Positions 37,746 through 41,749 of a stretch of DNA of 41,749 nucleotides are shown here, in pieces (position 1 is the stretch's first letter; every line of letters starts with the position of its first letter). The translations under genes were made by a program, and so were the position numbers. The notes beneath the pieces are model-generated. The model saw nothing but the letters and a program-made list of their open reading frames with translations, made no database searches and was not told the DNA's origin. The stretch is from Gammaproteobacteria bacterium (GTDB taxonomy: Bacteria > Pseudomonadota > Gammaproteobacteria > Pseudomonadales > Oleiphilaceae), in contig RFIV01000126.1 in the NCBI GenBank assembly GCA_003695085.1, forward strand, positions 1-41,749, given 5' to 3'.

Positions 37746-38513
37746 ATGCTGAATATCGACAACCTGAAGGCCCGCGTGGAGGATAAAGAAATCCTGCGTG
37801 GCCTGACCCTTCACGTTCGCCCCGGCGAAGTTCACGCCATCATGGGCCCCAATGGCTCCGGCAAGAGCACCCTGACCCACGTGCTGACTGGCAAGGAAGG
37901 CTATGAAGTTACCGGAGGCAAGGTGACCTTCAAGGGCAAGGACCTGCTGGACATGTCACCCGAGGATCGGGCACGTGAAGGCCTGTTTCTCGCCTTCCAG
38001 TACCCGGTGGAGATTCCGGGCGTGAGCAACCTCCAGTTCCTGCGCACCGCGGTCAACAGCATCCGCAAATACCGGGGCGAGGAAGAGCTGGATGCCGCCG
38101 CGTTCATGCGCCTGGCACGCGAGAAGGCCAAACAGGTCAACCTGCCTGCCGATTTTCTCAAGCGCGGCGTGAACGAAGGCTTCTCCGGCGGCGAGAAGAA
38201 ACGCAATGAAATTCTGCAGATGCTGCTGCTCGAGCCGAGCCTGATGCTGTTGGATGAAACGGATTCCGGCCTGGACATCGACGCACTTCAGACCGTGGCC
38301 GAAGGCGTCAACGCCATGCGCAGCCCGGATCGCGGAATCGTGGTGGTCACCCACTACCAGCGCCTGCTGGACTACATCGTGCCCGACTACGTGCACGTTC
38401 TGGCCAAGGGGCAGATCATCAAGTCCGGCGGCCGGGAGCTGGCACTGGAGCTGGAAGAGAAGGGCTACGGCTGGCTGGGTATCAACGACGAAACGACCGA
38501 GGCACAGGGGTAA
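37746..38513 (+). CDS. sufC: Fe-S assembly ATPase SufC
   Basis: Walker A GPNGSGKST, AFQYPVEIPGV, GFSGGEKKRNEI, LDETDSGLDIDAL, THYQRLL. Confidence 0.98.
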   Translation: MLNIDNLKARVEDKEILRGLTLHVRPGEVHAIMGPNGSGKSTLTHVLTGKEGYEVTGGKVTFKGKDLLDMSPEDRAREGLFLAFQYPVEIPGVSNLQFLRTAVNSIRKYRGEEELDAAAFMRLAREKAKQVNLPADFLKRGVNEGFSGGEKKRNEILQMLLLEPSLMLLDETDSGLDIDALQTVAEGVNAMRSPDRGIVVVTHYQRLLDYIVPDYVHVLAKGQIIKSGGRELALELEEKGYGWLGINDETTEAQG

Positions 38514-38516
38514 GCC

Positions 38517-39806
38517 ATGAATGCATCGGTGCTGCCGCAGGACGCCCTGCGCGAACACATTCAGATTCACGGGCGCTTGCTGGCCGAAGTGCCGGACGCG
38601 CTGAGCAACCTGCATCAGGCCGGACGCAAGCAGTTGCAGGACCAGGCCCTGCCCCATCGCCGCCTCGAAGCCTGGCGCTATACCAGCATATTTCCGCTGG
38701 TTGAGGCCGACGCACTGACCCGGCCGCTGGAGGATGCAGATCCGGCACCCGCGCGCGTCAATGCCGTCAACCAGATTGTTTTCGTGAACGGACTGCTCTC
38801 ACGCGTCGCACTGGAAGACAGCGGCCTGAGCGTCCGCACCTGGGCCGAGCTGGACGATGAAGAGCAGACCGCCCTGATCAAGGCCAGCGAAGCCGCACAG
38901 CGATCCGGCGAACACCCGCTGGCGGTTGTCAATCAGGCACTGGCAAGCGAAGCCATCCTGATTGAACTGGACGACAGCACCGAATTGCAGCACCCGCTGG
39001 TCATTGAATACCAGTGTCAGGGGGACGAATCCGGCAGCGCCCACCCCCGCGTCTGGCTGCAGGCTGGGCGTTTCGCCCGTGCCGATGTGGTGGAAATCTT
39101 TTCTCAACAGGCGGCCGGTCAGCTTCACAACAGCGTGACGCATATTCAGCTGGATGCGGAAGCCCGCCTCACTCACACGCTGATCACACCGGAGTCGGAC
39201 GGTTTTCAGGTGCACGGCATTCACGCATCGCTGGCACGCAGCAGTCGTCTGGAGGTCATGACCTTCGCCACGGGGGCTGCCCTGAGACGTCTGGATCTTA
39301 ACGTGCGCCATGCAGGAGAAGGCGGGGAGCTGGTCCTCAATGGCGTCTACCTGACGCGTGAAACGCGCCATTTTGACGTCCGCACAGTCGTGGATCACAC
39401 CGTTCCTCACTGTGAAACCGATGAAATCTGGCGCGGTATCGTGACGGATGAAAGCCGGGCCATCTTCAACGGCCGCATTCACATTCATCCGCACGCGCAA
39501 CAGACGCGGGCCGAAATGAACAACAACAACCTGCTGCTCAGCGACCGGGCCGAAGTGGACACCAAGCCCGAGCTGGAGATCTATGCCGATGACGTCAAGT
39601 GCGCGCATGGCGCCACCGTCGGAAGGCTGGATGACACCGCCCTGTACTACTTCCAGACCCGCGGCATCGACCGCAAGACAGCGTACCGCATGCTCAGCGC
39701 CGCCTTTGTTCAGGAAGTGATTGACGACTTCCCCGATACGCCCGGCCGGGCACTGGCCACGCAACTGGCCGATCAGTTCCACCTGGATACATCGGAGCAG
39801 GCATGA
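38517..39806 (+). CDS. sufD: Fe-S assembly protein SufD
   Basis: LP.RRLEAWRYT, FNGRIHI...AQQT, NNNLLLS, DTKPELEIYADDVKCAHGATVG. Confidence 0.96.
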   Translation: MNASVLPQDALREHIQIHGRLLAEVPDALSNLHQAGRKQLQDQALPHRRLEAWRYTSIFPLVEADALTRPLEDADPAPARVNAVNQIVFVNGLLSRVALEDSGLSVRTWAELDDEEQTALIKASEAAQRSGEHPLAVVNQALASEAILIELDDSTELQHPLVIEYQCQGDESGSAHPRVWLQAGRFARADVVEIFSQQAAGQLHNSVTHIQLDAEARLTHTLITPESDGFQVHGIHASLARSSRLEVMTFATGAALRRLDLNVRHAGEGGELVLNGVYLTRETRHFDVRTVVDHTVPHCETDEIWRGIVTDESRAIFNGRIHIHPHAQQTRAEMNNNNLLLSDRAEVDTKPELEIYADDVKCAHGATVGRLDDTALYYFQTRGIDRKTAYRMLSAAFVQEVIDDFPDTPGRALATQLADQFHLDTSEQA

Positions 39807-41035
39807 GCACGCTGACTGTTGAGCAAATCACCGCACTGCGCCAGGACTTCCCGATTCTGGATCAGGAAGTCAACGGCAAGCCGCTGGTGTATCTGGACAA
39901 CGCTGCCACCTCACAGAAACCTCAGGCGGTACTGGACGCCCTGCAAGCGTACTACACCCGTGACAACTCCAACGTGCACCGGGGCGCCCATACGCTCAGC
40001 AATCGCGCAACCGAACGCTTTGAAGCTGCCCGGGAGACCGTGCGCGCCTTCCTCAACGCTCGCGAGACCGCCGAAATTGTCTGGACGCGGGGCACCACCG
40101 AAGCCATCAATCTGGTGGCGCAAAGCTGGGGCCGGACCTTCCTGAAGAGAGGGGATCTGGCTGTCATCACCGCGCTGGATCACCACTCCAACATCGTGCC
40201 CTGGCAGATCCTCAGAGAGCAGCTGGGCATCGAGCTGGCGCATGTTCCCGTCACACCGGACGGACACCTCGATCAGGATGCCTACGATCAGTTGCTGAAG
40301 CGCGGTCCGAAACTGGTCGCCTTCAACCAGGTCTCCAACGCCATCGGCACCCGCAACCCCGCCGCAGAGATGATACGCAAGGCGCGCGAAGCCGGTGCCA
40401 TTACGGTACTTGATGGCGCCCAGGCCACCCCGCACTTCCGTGTGGATGTGCAGGCGCTGGACTGTGACTTCTACGCCTTCTCCGGCCACAAGGTATTCGG
40501 GCCGACGGGTATCGGTGCGCTGTATGGCCGCCGGGAACTGCTGGAAGCCATGCCCCCGTGGCACGGTGGCGGTGAAATGATCGAACATGTGACGCTCGAG
40601 GGCTTCATTCCCAATGCCCTGCCCTTCAAGTTTGAGGCCGGCACCCCCGCCATCGCGCAAGTGGTGGGCCTGGCCGCCGCCATTGACTACCTCAATGCAC
40701 AGGACCGGCAGGCACTTGAAGCCCACGAGCTGAATCTGCTGAAGATGGCCACCGATGGCGTACGCGAGATTCCGGGTGCTCGCATTCTGGCCGATCACAC
40801 GGACAAGGTGGCCGTTCTGTCCTTCCTCATCGAAGGCACCCACCCGGCAGATATCGGCACCCTGCTCGACCAACAGGGCATTGCCGTGCGGACAGGCCAT
40901 CACTGCACCATGCCGCTCATGCAGCACTTTGGTGTGCCCGGCAGCGTCCGTGCGTCATTCGCATTCTACAACACCGAAGAGGACGTCCGGCGCCTGCTTG
41001 AAGGCCTGAAAAAAGTCCTCAGATTCTTGCTGTAA
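39803..41035 (+). CDS. sufS: Cysteine desulfurase SufS (group II)
   Basis: YLDNAATSQKP, NVHRG, FSGHK (PLP lysine), FEAGTP, RTGHHC. Confidence 0.96.
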   Translation: MSTLTVEQITALRQDFPILDQEVNGKPLVYLDNAATSQKPQAVLDALQAYYTRDNSNVHRGAHTLSNRATERFEAARETVRAFLNARETAEIVWTRGTTEAINLVAQSWGRTFLKRGDLAVITALDHHSNIVPWQILREQLGIELAHVPVTPDGHLDQDAYDQLLKRGPKLVAFNQVSNAIGTRNPAAEMIRKAREAGAITVLDGAQATPHFRVDVQALDCDFYAFSGHKVFGPTGIGALYGRRELLEAMPPWHGGGEMIEHVTLEGFIPNALPFKFEAGTPAIAQVVGLAAAIDYLNAQDRQALEAHELNLLKMATDGVREIPGARILADHTDKVAVLSFLIEGTHPADIGTLLDQQGIAVRTGHHCTMPLMQHFGVPGSVRASFAFYNTEEDVRRLLEGLKKVLRFLL

Positions 41036-41048
41036 GCAGGAGGTACAC

Positions 41049-41405
41049 ATGACGGTAGAAACCTACACCCCAACCTTGCAGCTGACGCTCACGGAGAACG
41101 CCAAGGCGCATATCAGGAACCAGATGGCCAAACACCCGGAGGCCAGCGCATTTCGGCTGTACGTGAAGGAAAGCGGCTGCTCGGGCTACATGTATCAGGT
41201 GGCCCTGACCGAAGCACCGGCACCCGAGGATCTTATCTGGGAAGAAGACGGTGTGCGCATCGTGGTCGACCCGGACAGCCTGCCTTACGTTAATGGCACG
41301 CATGTGGACTTTGTGAAAGAAGGACTCAACGCTACCTTTCGCTTTGACAACCCTCGTGCCAGCGGTGCCTGCGGCTGCGGCGAAAGCTTTGCCTTTGATG
41401 AGTAG
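41049..41405 (+). CDS. sufA: A-type Fe-S carrier (SufA/HesB family)
   Basis: SGCSGYMY, F.FDNP, CGCGESF; located in the suf operon. Confidence 0.9.
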   Translation: MTVETYTPTLQLTLTENAKAHIRNQMAKHPEASAFRLYVKESGCSGYMYQVALTEAPAPEDLIWEEDGVRIVVDPDSLPYVNGTHVDFVKEGLNATFRFDNPRASGACGCGESFAFDE

Positions 41406-41410
41406 CGCCC

Positions 41411-41749
41411 ATGGAACGTGAAGTAGTTCTTACCAAACGTGACACCGAAGCGCTGCTGATTCCGGCCGGGACACCCATCACCATCCCCAAGGACACCTTC
41501 GTCACCATCACCCAGGCACTGGGCGGCAATTTCACCGTCGCCGTCAACGGTAATCTGGCACGTGTGGAGGCGAAGAATGCGGATGCACTGGGCAAGGATC
41601 CGCAGGCCTTCGAGTTCGACGATGTAGTAGAAGGCGAAGTCAACGAGCATCACATCTGGGCCGCCCTGCGTGAAGTCTTCGACCCGGAAATTCCGGTGAA
41701 CATTGTGGACCTGGGCCTGATCTACGGGGTGGACATTCACAAGGAAGGC
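41411..41749 (+). CDS. sufT: Fe-S assembly protein SufT (DUF59, long form), truncated by the window edge
   Basis: Manual translation from ATG 41411: MEREVVLTKRDTEALLIPAG...ITQALGGNFTV..NGNLARVEAKNADALG...VFDPEIPVNIVDLGLIYGV. Confidence 0.9.
   Translation, partial: MEREVVLTKRDTEALLIPAGTPITIPKDTFVTITQALGGNFTVAVNGNLARVEAKNADALGKDPQAFEFDDVVEGEVNEHHIWAALREVFDPEIPVNIVDLGLIYGVDIHKEG

Overview
GC-rich gammaproteobacterial chromosomal segment; gene content (WS/DGAT, finR-fpr, maoP, Suf, cNMP-HDOD, orphan SBPs) suggests a Marinobacter/Hahella-like marine lineage, which is inference only. From left to right: (1) the conserved minus-strand operon proA-nadD-rsfS-rlmH-mrdA-rodA-mltB-rlpA-dacA (dacA runs off the left edge); (2) a plus-strand three-gene unit of two paralogous membrane proteins with degenerate GGDEF sites but intact RxxD I-sites, coupled to a DedA-PAP2 fusion; (3) acyl-CoA dehydrogenase, cNMP-HDOD and thioesterase; (4) fpr/finR, a PAP2 gene with a PmrA/BasR-like box, TetR plus EmrAB-type efflux, WS/DGAT with a coupled small membrane protein, GST and nhaA; (5) an eight-gene Pil-Chp/Pix-like chemosensory operon with no cheR/cheB, a periplasmic binding protein gene inserted just before the MCP, a compact CheA hybrid and three CheW-like genes, flanked by a second orphan SBP and a degenerate PilC/GspF-like gene; (6) maoP, a divergent Rrf2 Suf regulator and sufBCDS-sufA-sufT (sufT runs off the right edge). 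I saw no rRNA, tRNA, CRISPR array or mobile element. The best candidates for an undescribed system are the SBP-containing chemosensory locus and the degenerate-GGDEF pair/DedA-PAP2 unit. All calls come from reading motifs by eye; no database search was run.
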